Below, piece by piece: positions 27,851 to 40,217 of a DNA stretch of 64,000 bases. Location of the stretch: positions 91,078,001 to 91,142,000 of the forward strand of contig NC_042998.1 of the NCBI RefSeq assembly GCF_006345805.1, written 5' to 3'. Positions within the stretch are counted from its first letter, which is position 1. Every line of letters begins with the position of its first letter. This stretch comes from Octopus sinensis. Its lineage: Eukaryota. Position numbers and translations under genes: made by a program. The notes beneath the pieces are model-generated. The model saw nothing but the letters and a program-made list of their open reading frames with translations. It was not told the DNA's origin and ran no database searches.

Positions 27851-29313
27851 CAAACAACAACTGTTAAAATGAACAATAGAGATAATAGTAATAATAATAA
27901 AACTAATAAGTGTATATATTATTCAAATACTGCAAAAAATTTATCACATTTTCTAACTAGTTAGTAATGTAGTCTTTCCTAAAATAAGAATAATAACAAC
28001 AGACCAGGGTTTCTAAGGGAAGGGGATTTAAGATATCTTGGTGATGCCCTATTCCACAGAAAAAAAAATATCTGAAGTATAAAAAACAATTCAAACTGGG
28101 AATTGAATCAAAGTCACAAACATGGTCTTTGGAAATCTTAAGAGTGCATCAAAACACCTGCCAGAGAAATAATTTTTTTCTTTCCATAATGGAAAAATTA
28201 AGTTATTTATAGAATTCAGGCTAAGTTGAAAAGGAAAACAGAAAACCATCTGATTTTTATCAAGTATCCACTGAGTGTATGCATTATAAAGTATTCTTTG
28301 TTTAAAAGACTTTAGCTTCAGAAACTTATATTTCATATAGATGTTAGTGAATATATAAGATAAATTTATAAAAGAAGATATCACCTTGAGATAAATGCCC
28401 AAATATTCATATTAATTACAGTTTATAAGTAAATGCTAATATGAATCAACCAGAAGACAAAAACATCATTTGATTTAAAGAGACAACAAAGGAGCCTCTG
28501 CATGGTCACCCAACATGCAAGAAATAGCAATCAAATCTCTCTGAAATCATACCTTACCATCTTAAAAAAAAATTAAGGACACATCAGATATGCAATTCTT
28601 GATGTACTATGTCATGGAAAGAAAAAAAGGTAGGAATGGTCACAAGCAGAATGTATTTGATTGCAAGAAAAATTAAATACTACACCTCCCCCACTCAAGC
28701 AAACCTGAAATGTGCATCTCCCCTCTTTTTTGTCAACATATCTCACACTGACCACTTAGCCTAAGCCTTTCTCCACATAATCCTCCAAAATTCCCTCGCT
28801 GCCCACATGTTCCAGACAGATACTGATTCACAGAAATTCAAAGTTAAATACAAACCACATTAGTCTCACCACTTTCAAAGGGTTCAACTGGGGAAGGAGG
28901 AAAGGAGAAACTATCAACATTTGCTAGAGCCATATAATTTGCAAATTCTGATTCAATTCCCACAAAAAATCAAAAACGAAAAAACTATCAATATTTGGTA
29001 GAGCTATATAATTAACTCATTCTGTTCTGATTCAATTCACACAAAAAATAAATAAATAAAAAAAGACTGATTAGAATACAAAATTATAATACATAATCTT
29101 ATTAATGTTATAGTGTATACCCTGAAAATTTCAAGATTAAGATGTGTATTCTTTGTTTACAAAGAAAAGCTGAGAAATTAAACAAAATTTGAACTAGTCT
29201 CAGTTTAAAGAAAGCACTGCTCTATATATCTATATAATTCAACAATGTTCATGATAGAATAAAAAATTGTACTTCAATGCATTAGTAATACTGTAAAGCC
29301 TTTTGACTAGTTA

Positions 29314-29430
29314 TTATTTATAAACTGTGAAGTCAAGCAAGCTAACACCTTTGTCCAAAGCCAGGTAAAGATGTTTAGAGTTAAAAGCCATTGAATACAC
29401 CGGACTACTTCGTTGACCAGCATAGTAAAA
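29314..29430 (-). CDS. FBXW4: FBXW4-like exon 9 (last)
   Basis: TTTTCCAG acceptor; FYYAGQRSSPVYSMAFNSKHLYLALDKGVSLLDFTVYK*, matching the FBXW4 C-terminus as recalled (SSPVYCL...KHLYAAL...LDF). Confidence 0.9.
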   Translation of the reverse strand, partial: FYYAGQRSSPVYSMAFNSKHLYLALDKGVSLLDFTVYK

Positions 29431-31123
29431 CTGGAAAAAAAAGAAGATAAGAAACAATTTAATATATTTTGTAGCAAAAGACACATTAATATTACAGTTC
29501 TGAATTAGGTATTACAGGAGTTTGCAAGACATGAAACATTATTTTTTTATATTGGTTTCAAATTTTGGCACAAGGCCAGCAATTTCAAGGGTGAAGCTAA
29601 GTCAATCAGATCATCCCCAGTACTCAACTGGTACTTATTTCATTGACCCTGAAAGGATGAAAGGTAAAGTGGGCCATAGCAGAATATGAACTCAGAATGT
29701 AAAGACAGATGAAATGCTACAATGCATTTTGCCCCAGATGTTAACAATTCTGCCAGCTCACTGTCTTATTTCTTTTTTAATAGTAGATCTAGTTAAGGCA
29801 GCAAGTTGGCAAAACTGTTATGTCAAGGAAAACACTTTTGATATTTCTTCTGACTCATTATGATCCGAGTTCAAATTCTGCTGAGGTTAACTTTGCCTTT
29901 CATATTTTTGGAGTCAAAGTGTTGGGGGTGGATATAATTAATTTCCCCCAACTCCTCAAAATTGTTGGCCTTTGTGAAAATTAGGAAGGCCAATACAGTT
30001 CAATAGTTGACTTCAAAATAAAGGTTCATTTTATAAAATTTTCAATAAAATTGATAAAAAAGACTGATAAAGAAATTATAAGTTTTAATGAAAAATGGAT
30101 TATGTATTGTCCATCAACTTCCAATCAACTAAATTAGTTATATTGCAATAGTTTTCAGTCAATGTGGATTGTTAGAAGGTACTCAACTTTGTATAAGGCT
30201 AGAACACACAAGAATGGAGTTATTGAGTTTCTAAGGTCCTACTATAAAAATGAACTATTTATCTATAATACCAACAAACAGAAAATTGATCAACCAGTGA
30301 TGATTGAACTAGATTCATTTCACCATGCTGAAATATATAATTGATCTCAGGTATGGATTATGAAAGTCCCCCGGTGTTATGATGGATGTTACATGCTATT
30401 ATCTGAGTATATCTCCACAGATATATTTGGAACAGATTGTAATTTATAAGATCTAATCACACAATACATTACTGTTGTGTTTTGTCTTTAATCTGAGACC
30501 TCCTCCATTTATAGTCTATTTGTAAACATCTTTTTTTTTTGTTTCAGTCACTGGACTGCAGTTATGCTGGGATACCGCTTTGAAGGAATTTAGTTGAACA
30601 GATTGATCCCACTATTTTTTTTTTTTGATCTGGTACTTATTCAATCAGCCTCTTTTGCTGGATGAATTAAGTTACAGAGGATGTAAACAAATGAACATTG
30701 GTTGTCAAGCAGTGAGGATGGGGACAAATATGGACACAAAGACACACACATATATATGATGGGCTTTTACACAGTTTCCATGTATCAAGTCCACTCAGAA
30801 GGTGTTGGTTGGCCTGGGGATATAATATGTGTGCCCAAGGTGCCACATGGTGGGAATGAGCTTGAAACCTTGCAGCTGTAAAGTGAGCTTCTTAATCATG
30901 TAGCCATGCCTACACCTATTACCAGAGTTATTTTGTATCTGTAAACTTTATTTATTTCAAATAAGAATATGTCAGGACAACAATCAAAATTGAAACTACA
31001 ACTATTTTATATTTCATTGTCAATTGCAAGTATATTAGTAATTATTCCAAAAACACAAGAATCTAAGTATAAAGATTTTACTGTAAGAGAAATACAGAAA
31101 AATGAATGACTAATTTCTCACAC

Positions 31124-31259
31124 CTGTATTGACTTTGTAACTCGTTTGTCCCATAGCCTAGTCATACCATGCCTTGCAGTACCGGTCAACATCGTGTAGT
31201 TCCCATGAGTTTTCACACAATAGACAGCAGAATTGAAAGGTTCTTCCCACATTAATTCA
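31124..31259 (-). CDS. FBXW4: FBXW4-like exon 8
   Basis: AG/GT bounded, phases fit; (C)ELMWEEPFNSAVYCVKTHGNYTMLTGTARHGMTRLWDKRVTKSIQ, a WD40 repeat. Confidence 0.92.
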
Positions 31260-32750
31260 CTGAAAATGTATTAAAAGTAATTTTTTTTTTAAACTGGTAA
31301 GATAACCAAGTTCAAATCACTAAATAACTAACAATAATAATCCTTTCTACTACAGGCATAAGGCCTGAAATTTTGGGGAGGGGACTAGTCAATTACATTG
31401 ACCCCAGTGTTTCACTGGTACTTAATTTATCAATCCTGAAAGAATGAAAGGCAAAGTTGACCTTAGCAGAACTTGAACTCAGAACGCGAAAATGGACGAA
31501 ATGCCTCTAAGCATTTTGCCCAGTGTGCTAAGGATTCTGCCAGTTCACTACCTTAAAACTATAGCAATAATAACAGTTTTTCTAACTATTGGTACAGGCT
31601 ACACTGTTTGTGCTTTTTTCCTTTTTTTCTTTTTTGAAGTGGAAGAGACAAGGGACTGAACTGACTTCTGAGTGAAATGATACTTATGAAGATGTGAGTG
31701 ATAAGGTACTTCAATACATAGAATACATATTCGTGTTTTATAACAATTTATGGTAACTTTATTAGGTACATTCCAGAAAGACAAGAAGTAGAGTATATTG
31801 TGGCAAGAACAGAATGAAGAGAGATCTCTCGATAAATTTAAAAACTGAAATAGTGAAGTCTTATTTTAAAATTACTCAATTCAAATTAATGAAAATTCAT
31901 AACATGAAAAGCTTCAGGAAAAAAATCATAGTACATCCTTAATACAACAAATGTTTTAAGGCCATTTTCCCTACTAAAGATGTGGTAACCATAGAGGTTC
32001 ATGAGAGTTATCATGGTCCCCTTTATGAAGCAGTATTTAATAGACATAGGCAGTCCTGTTGGCAACTTATTTTGTTATCTCTTACAAGATACAAGGAAAT
32101 GATGCACCAGTTCAAAATCTGAGACACACACATCCTTAACATAATAAACAAATAAAATAAATACTCTCACCATAATTTTTTTTAATGTCTATTTTTCCAT
32201 GCTTACATAGGTTGGAGTTTATTTGAGGCAAATTCTCTAGTCAGATGCCCTTCCTGTTGCCAACACTAACCTGTTTCCAAGTAAGGTTATATTTCCCCAT
32301 GACTAGATATATTCTCACACAATGCCAATGGAAGAAGACACAAACACACACACAATATATATATATCCAGCTTTCCCTATTACAGGATATGAAATAGTGT
32401 ATTTGTATTAAACTGACTTGAAAGTACAGTAGTACACAATTGGAAAAAGTACCTATATCATTACACAAAATATTTGTGTTTTTGTGAGGTCTGAGTGCAC
32501 TTTTCCTTATGTTTATACATCCAATGCATGAGTTGTGTAGCATCTTGGTCAAATCAATATTTGTTCAGCCAGCCTTCTAGTTTTGAAAACCCAGTCTTAA
32601 TTACTGTTATATTTCAGCTCTGAAGCAAGATAATATGTTATCTTCACACTAATGTATTTCAATTTTTTTCTTCTTATCTTTTCAAAATTCTTGTTTGACA
32701 TTTATAAACAACAGCAGCATCAATAATGAACTATATATATATATCCTCAC

Positions 32751-32891
32751 CATTTGTTGGTACGAAGATCCCAGAGACGAGCAAAAGAATCATAACCACA
32801 AGAGAGCAGAGTAAAAGGTGTTTCATATTTTATATCCAATACACCAGCTCCATGTCGATGATTACTCCCCAAACTACAATCGAGAATGCCT
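32751..32891 (-). CDS. FBXW4: FBXW4-like exon 7
   Basis: AG/GT bounded; GILDCSLGSNHRHGAGVLDIKYETPFTLLSCGYDSFARLWDLRTNK. Confidence 0.93.
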
Positions 32892-33179
32892 CTGTAATGA
32901 AACATAAAATACGAAATATTTTATTTCAAACATCTACACAGAATATCCACACCTTGATGATAAAGCAATACAAGCTGATAAATAAATTATAAATATTAAA
33001 GGTAAGCTGATGCAAACTTTTCTTTTTTGTAGGGTTCCACATAGAAATAGGGCAACAAAAATGAACAAAGGGAAAATGGAAAATGGACTAGAAAAAGAAT
33101 TGAATAAAAACCTTACACATTCTTAGCAACTAAAATATTTTTGGTGCCATGAGACTTTCTTTTTTTTTTTTACCTGTGA

Positions 33180-34440
33180 TCTTTGCAGTCTCCACCTCAA
33201 CCAATGAGATTGCTGCAGTGAATATTTGAAGGGTAAAGTTTACATAGGCTAGCAACAAAGCTAGTAAGGTTCTGCTGTCAAAATGGTCAAAAGCAAGGGA
33301 TCATTGGTGAGTGACATGGGAGAGCATAACTTGCACTAATGATTACTGAAGAGACAGCCTGACTGAAAATGATCAAAGAAGTGACTGCTGACAATTGCTT
33401 CATTTGGGGGATGTGACAAATATTGGGATGACCTAAGGAATTAGAACAATTTTAGAAATTAAGTAGTTTGGTAATAAGATGACCAACTCCAAAGCCCACC
33501 ATTCAAATGTGCTCGAAGAGATGCTACTAGAATCAACCATCTTATTGGGTTGAAAAGATTAGAAGAGTTTAGATATTGCAATTGTGTGTCTGTATGTTGA
33601 AACTGGTGCTTTGGAAAACAGATGTTTGGCAGAGCTTTGTTGAGAGTGTGCAGTGTAAAGCTGGAAGAGAAGTAGGTAGTAAATGTAAAGGCTTATTTAG
33701 TGAGTGCTGCTAATAAGGCCATCTTATTTGAGATGTGGTGGTTAAGAGGATTCCACAAAGTTGATGGTAACCCTCTGCTGCAATTTGTTTGGTTACTAGC
33801 AAAGTTTAGAAGCTGTTTTGTGATGCACAAAGCATCCCCTGCTTTTTTTTTAATGTTAGAAGTAGGTAAAAACCTTCACATTAGTAGTGGCAACTGACTG
33901 TCTTCAGGTGATGTAGGCAATGTTCTAGGTCTGTACAACTACAGGTAAATCATTTAGAGTTTACAGGCTTTGATTGTGTACAAAATGTGAATAAACATAA
34001 CTAAGAGATTGCTTCACTCAGTTGCTTAGCTGTCTCAGTGGGGTTAGGACATAAAATCTATAAGCTGTCCTGAGGTAGTTAACATATAATTGGCAGAGTT
34101 CCAACTGAGAGTTTTAGTGTTGAAAAGTATTGCCTTGTAATCAGACAATCCAATAAGTGCAGATAGTGATAACTGAGTTAAGATTGAGCTTGAGTGAAAA
34201 GCAGATTAAAGATACTTGGTGTATTAATGCAACTGTTAGAAATACAAGTTAGAGTAGATACTGATGGTTAGGGGTAGCAAAAACTTCTATCTTGGCATCA
34301 GCGTTAATGTTGGAAAAGTGCAAGAGCCAAGAAGAGTAGTAGATATTGAAATCAGAAGAGAGGGTAACTTCGAAGAGAAATAAATTGAGCTAGATAACTT
34401 CAAAAGATGACAGGTGGTAGTAGTAACTTTATATTGAAAT
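33180..34440 (-). mobile_element. Heavily decayed LINE fragment (CR1/L2-like endonuclease region)
   Basis: Remnants such as DFNIYYSSWL and IGLSDY resemble apurinic-endonuclease GDFN and SDH motifs; many stops. Confidence 0.45.
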
Positions 34441-34495
34441 TATAATGAAAGAATTGATAGTCTTGACTTTAAGAAATAAAATCAACTAAACTTAC

Positions 34496-34561
34496 TTGTA
34501 CAAGTCCCAAACTTGTAAGGGAAATTTACTGTTACAGCAAGCATTTCCTGATGTAAAAGAC
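34496..34561 (-). CDS. FBXW4: FBXW4-like exon 6
   Basis: TATCCAG acceptor, GTAAG donor; (T)SFTSGNACCNSKFPLQVWDLY(K). Confidence 0.9.
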
Positions 34562-34873
34562 CTGGATAAATCATCAATTAGAAAGAAATCAGTAAGTACA
34601 TCATCAACAAAATATTTTTTTGAAACACTATCAAATTACTACACACAGTCATCTTTTACAGATGAAGGCTCATAGGAGAAGGGCCTGACATCTGTTAAGT
34701 GAAACATAGAAGTCTTTAATTTATATCAAGAATAAAAATCTCCAATATCTTTTGTTTTGAATTGTTATGCTCTGTTCACTGCTAACATAAGCAAATCATG
34801 CCTACAACATATGGCCAATACTCTTTCTCCTCATACAAAACTAAAATAAAAAAGTTCAGAGTTACATGCTTAC

Positions 34874-34971
34874 GTTCCATCTGGATTCATTGCCACAGAC
34901 CATAGACGATCTTCAGAATGAAGTGTTGCTCGAACTTGTCTCTTGCTGTCTTTCTCTTGCATGTTTAAAAT
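34874..34971 (-). CDS. FBXW4: FBXW4-like exon 5
   Basis: ATTCCAG acceptor, GTAAGC donor; ILNMQEKDSKRQVRATLHSEDRLWSVAMNPDG(T). Confidence 0.9.
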
Positions 34972-35179
34972 CTGGAATATAAAACAAACGTATAAGTGGT
35001 TGCTAATGCTGACATGAACATGTAACTGCTGGTAAATGGTATATTATTAAACTGATAAGTATATTATAAAATTAAAATAACATTGATTTCATTTGAACTC
35101 TCTTAAAAGTTTAAGACTTTCAAGCCATAAAAAAAATTGGATGACATAAATGAAATTATCAACTATTGACACAAGTTCT

Positions 35180-35608
35180 AGAAATCTATCACTAGCTTTT
35201 AATTACTAGAACTACCTGTAAGATCAAAATCTGCAACCACCAAAGGGAATAACTTGGTTCTAATATATCTTCTGTTAAAAGTTTTAATATTTCTGGAATT
35301 ATATAATCTTTATCTTTCGCGCTGTATTGATGTTTGCAGTTTGGAGTTAGATTTTTTAAATGTTTAGCATAGAACTCATCATCAATAATGACGATGATGG
35401 TGATAATGATGAGTTCTATGCTAAACATTTTAAAAATCTAACTCCAAACAGGAAACATCAATACAGCATGAAAGATAAAGATTATATAAATTTAGAAATA
35501 TTAAAACTTTTAACAGGAGATATATTAGAACCAAGTTATTCCCTTTGGTGGTTGCAGATTTTGGTCTTACAGGTAATTCTAGTAATTAAAGGCATGTGAT
35601 AGATTTCT
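35180..35608. repeat. Fold-back inverted repeat of a gypsy reverse-transcriptase relic
   Basis: Arms 35180-35382 and 35406-35608 (about 203 bp, about 14 differences), 23-nt spacer. The + arm reads FKNLTP...YSMKDKDYINLEILKLLTGDILEPSYSLW and continues RHVIDFSQT...FTELD beyond the arm. Confidence 0.85.
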
Positions 35609-35791
35609 CTCAAACTTCCAGTTGTTTTACAGAACTTGACCATTATTCAGCCTTGCTACAAATCCAGCTCTACAAGCTGGATCTTTCATTTTAAAAGGTT
35701 TGGACAACTGCTCTATGGCATTCAGTACAAATACTGAATTTGCTACTTCTAACAGGTGAAGTGACAATGCCAAGGCTCTTTTGTTGGCCAT

Positions 35792-35825
<34 letters not shown>

Positions 35826-36608
35826 CATACAGCAGTGTGGTGCTGTATTGAAATGAAATCTGGCAACGAATGCATAAAATCAACAATAAGTTCAGTTTTA
35901 TTTAGAGGAACCAATATTGTCTATTGTTATGTAAAATCAGTGGCGGTAGAGTTGGTGAAGCCCTCAAGTTTTGATGGAGTTGTAGGGGCATCATTGTAAC
36001 ATATGGTACATTTTGAACATTTATAAAATTTGGTGGAACCCAACTCTCTCTCAAGTCTAAACACATTTGTTTTCTTCCATAGAGATGGGGAAAAGAACCA
36101 ATATGAGTACTTGATTGGGACTTTAGTGCTAAGAATACAGGACCTCACAAATGAGATGAGACAAGATTATGGTACAGAAATGAATTATTAGATTCATCTA
36201 ATGCAGACTAGCTGAGAAAATTAATGCCCAAATAATCTTGAACCAATATCAAATCTTTGCTTCATTTTTACATAATATTATGCATATGATAATGATGATA
36301 TTAATGTAATTATAGCTTAAAAAATATTTTGAAACAACTATTGGTTATTATTTTTACATTAAAAATAGTTTTAGAATGAATAATTTCTATTACAACAAAA
36401 TTACAAAGACAGTTTCTCAAAATTCCTGCCCCTATCTCAACATCTTTCCCTCACTCAACCTCATGCACTGTATCCTGCTAGTATGCATATAATGTTGGGT
36501 AATATATTTTTCTATAGTCAATTCCTGCCACATAGAGGTACATTTCTAGCTTGTTAGGCTTGAGAATAAACCAACTACAGAAGAATCTGAAATTATGATA
36601 ATTTTTAC

Positions 36609-36747
36609 CTTGATAGTTGCATCACGAGAACCTGAAACAATGATGTCACCATGAAAATCCACGCATTGAGAATCTTCTTTGTGGACATTTGCACAGTGGA
36701 ACAGCTTCTCTTGTGTGTTGCAATCCCAAGCCACCACGCTCCCTTCT
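36609..36747 (-). CDS. FBXW4: FBXW4-like exon 4
   Basis: CTTTCAG acceptor, AAG|GTAAAA donor; (R)EGSVVAWDCNTQEKLFHCANVHKEDSQCVDFHGDIIVSGSRDATIK. Confidence 0.93.
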
Positions 36748-37549
36748 CTGAAAGATGAAAGTTAAACATTTTAAAATTACTATTACAGAAAATACAGTGT
36801 TACAAGATCATGTTCACATTTGAATAAAAACATTTTCTTTTCTAATTTTATATCCCAAGTGTAAAGAAAAAATAAACATTTCTGAAAACAGATATTCTAA
36901 AATGTACTTGATGTCCAAAATTAATTTAATAAAAAAATCAATATTTTAGTGGAATGGAGTTTAATGCAAAATATAAGACAAAAAGCAGTTAAGGGCAATT
37001 TAAAAGACAGTAAAGGAAAAGAAATAACATAGTTAAAATAATTATCATTTGTTACTTCATAGAATGAAGCAAAACAACTTTGTTTCTACTTTAATCTTAT
37101 ATCTATCTGAAGGTTAAGGAAATACCTTTTGTAGTATCTGTTCAGGCATTTTGCATTCTGAGAGAAATGCCTGTGACATCAGTGATGCTAAATTGTATCA
37201 GCATAAGTTGCTGGCCTCTCTTCTGGATGAACATCAGTGATGTGGAGAAGTGAGACTTGATTGCACAGACAGCTGTCAATCTTCCACAAAAAATCTAGCC
37301 CATGACTGAACATACATACACACACAGTCATCTTTTACAGAGAAAGACTCATAGGAGAAGGGCCTGACATCTGTTAAATAAATTTTAGTCTTTAGCACTC
37401 AATGGTCAATACAACAGTTACCAATAATTTACTCAATGTCAAAGACCTGGCTACACTATCTTCCAAAGCATTTATAACCATGAAATAATTTACCATTTTA
37501 AATTTACAAATGAAATCTAACAAATTATGACCAATGTTGATAGAAGATC

Positions 37550-37594
<45 letters not shown>

Positions 37595-37834
37595 GCTGTG
37601 TGAAGATGTGCTGAACTTTAACAGAGGCAGGAACCTGTGGAGGAAGCAGACTCAGGAAGACATGGGATGTGATGGTGAAGCATGAGCTTCAAACGATGGG
37701 CCTCGTGGAGGCAGAATCTGATTGGAACCTAGAGCAGCTCTCCTGTTTACCAGTTTTCAGTCAAACTGTCCAACCCATGCCAGCATGGACAATGGATGTT
37801 AAACGATGATGATGATAACATACATAATACACAC

Positions 37835-37878
<44 letters not shown>

Positions 37879-37903
37879 GGAAGAATGGAGTTGAACAACG
37901 ATT

Positions 37904-38019
37904 TAACAAAATTCCTTTATTCTCAACATATGTTTCGAAGACTGCATATTCCTAATTTGGAAGGAATAAGGGGTGCATTATGCCGCCTTCTCATCAGGAA
38001 AGACAAGGAACTTATGTCA
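37904..38019 (-). ncRNA. Type I hammerhead ribozyme motif (family 2), sense to FBXW4 pre-mRNA
   Basis: Mirror of 38226-38341; CUGAUGA core, GAAAC-AUAU-GUU site. Confidence 0.8.
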
Positions 38020-38225
38020 GCATCATGATGAACAAAAACTTTTAGATGACTGCCCATTCGGAGTCCATATGGCTATGGACTCCGTATGGGCAGTCATCTA
38101 AAAGTTTTTGTTCATCATGATGCTGACATAAGTTCCTTGTCTTTCCTGATGAGAAGGCGGCATAATGCATATGGCTATGGACTCCGTATGGGCAGTCATC
38201 TAAAAGTTTTTGTTCATCATGATGC

Positions 38226-38341
38226 TGACATAAGTTCCTTGTCTTTCCTGATGAGAAGGCGGCATAATGCACCCCTTATTCCTTCGAAATTAGGAATATG
38301 CAGTCTTCGAAACATATGTCGAGAATAAAGGAATTTTGTTA
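38226..38341 (+). ncRNA. Type I hammerhead ribozyme motif (family 2)
   Basis: CTGATGA 38248-38254; stem II GAAGGCGGCATA/TATGCAGTCTTC with G10.1-C11.1; GAAAC 38309-38313; palindromic ACATATGT helix III; GUC site 38318-38320; stem I of 4 bp, a 3x3 internal loop, then about 14 bp. Confidence 0.85.
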
Positions 38342-38522
38342 AATCGTCGTTCAACTCCATTCTTTCATTTATTTGTATGAAAAAAAACACGCAAATTTAC
38401 ACACGAAAGCACGTGATCTCTGCCCTTGGCATGTAGCTTCAACCGTGTTTTTCTGGCATGAATTTGCTACCCAGGTATCGGTTAACCGAATTATCCATAC
38501 TAGGATAATTCATTCAACTACT

Positions 38523-38567
<45 letters not shown>

Positions 38568-38651
38568 TTAGAGACAAAACCACTATTTTGCAAAACAAAC
38601 AAGGAAAGACTTAATCAATACATAAAATTTTAATAAAAAGTTAAAAAACCG

Positions 38652-38694
38652 CCACTACAATTGTTTCATGTCCTGATCGACAATCTTCAGGTGG
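38652..38694 (-). ncRNA. Minimal type I hammerhead ribozyme motif (family 1), sense to FBXW4 pre-mRNA
   Basis: Exact mirror of 40218-40260. Confidence 0.75.
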
Positions 38695-40217
38695 ATTTCC
38701 AATCTAAAATATCAATATTTTAAAATATAAAAAATAATAATTTTAAAATAATTAAAGTATCAATGAAAAAATATAAATATATAATCTATATATAACCTAT
38801 ATATAATCCATATATAATACTTCAACACAATACTTATTCATACTCCCTCACACACACATACAACCCACATTCATAAACAATATACGTATACCCGCTCACA
38901 CATACATATACAAACATACAGAACTCGATATATACACCAATATATTCACACCCACAACTATACAGATAAATAAATTACGCAAATAATTCCCCACACACAC
39001 ACACACACCCATTCACACATACATAAACACTCAAAAGCAAAATAAATAATTCTTTGCACTTGTTGATCGAACGTTTTTTTTTTAAATTATAAATGGAATA
39101 ATATATAATCAACTTAAATATACAGAATCTACTACAAAACACCAATAAACCATCAAGATAAATGAAACCCACATACATATTATGATAAAACTCCCCCTAC
39201 CATACACAATTACACCTATATAGCAATCCCATATACACATTCACACACAAATATACATACGTAAAACACACACACACAACATATACGTATACCCCCTCAC
39301 ATATACATATACATACTTACTAAACTCGACATATACAACAATATTTTCACACCCACACTCATACAGATATGAGTGTGGGTGTGAAAATATTGTTGTATAT
39401 GTCGAGTTTAGTAAGTATGTATATGTATATGTGAGGGGGTATACGTATATGTTGTGTGTGTGTGTTTTACGTATGTATATTTGTGTGTGAATGTGTAATT
39501 GTGTATGGTAGGGGGAGTTTTATCATAATATGTATGTGGGTTTCATTTATCTTGATGGTTTATTGGTGTTTTGTAGTAGATTCTGTATATTTAAGTTGAT
39601 TATATATTATTCCATTTATAATTTAAAAAAAAAACGTTCGATCAACAAGTGCAAAGAATTATTTATTTTGCTTTTGAGTGTTTATGTATGTGTGAATGGG
39701 TGTGTGTGTGTGTGTGGGGAATTATTTGCGTAAGTTATTTATCTGTATAGTTGTGGGTGTGAATATATTGGTGTATATATCGAGTTCTGTATGTTTGTAT
39801 ATGTATGTGTGAGCGGGTATACGTATATTGTTTATGAATGTGGGTTGTATGTGTGTGTGAGGGAGTATGAATAAGTATTGTGTTGAAGTATTTGGCTATT
39901 TTATTTATTTATTTATCCTTGCCTAGACGTTTTTATGTGTATGTATAGGGATATATATATAGGTGTGTGATTTAGTGTATGTATTTAGATATGGTTATAT
40001 ATAATTAGTTATATGTGTATGGGTGTATATTTAGTTTATTTTTATTTTGTTTTATATTTAATTGTTGATAGGTTTATTTTAGTTTATATATTGATTATAT
40101 ATGGATTATATATAGGTTATATATAGATTATATATTTATATTTTTTCATTGATACTTTAATTATTTTAAAATTATTATTTTTTATATTTTAAAATATTGA
40201 TATTTTAGATTGGAAAT

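Larger units (their letters stand above)
37871..38374. mobile_element. Penelope-like inverted terminal repeat (family 2)
   Basis: Arms 37871-38069 and 38074-38374, 4-nt spacer; the right arm carries a 102-nt tandem duplication; each arm has a hammerhead motif near its outward-facing 3' end; (TA)n on the left flank. Confidence 0.7.

Noticed and set aside
34655-34695. SECIS or kink-turn-like ATGA...GA hairpin
   Set aside because: Intronic, the upper helix is only 6 bp, and ATGA is lost in the second copy.
35620-35771. Two-hairpin H/ACA snoRNA-like fold on the - strand (AGAGCA and ACA boxes)
   Set aside because: Pocket-to-box distances are far from 14-16 nt, and the + strand reads as the continuation of the decayed gypsy RT.
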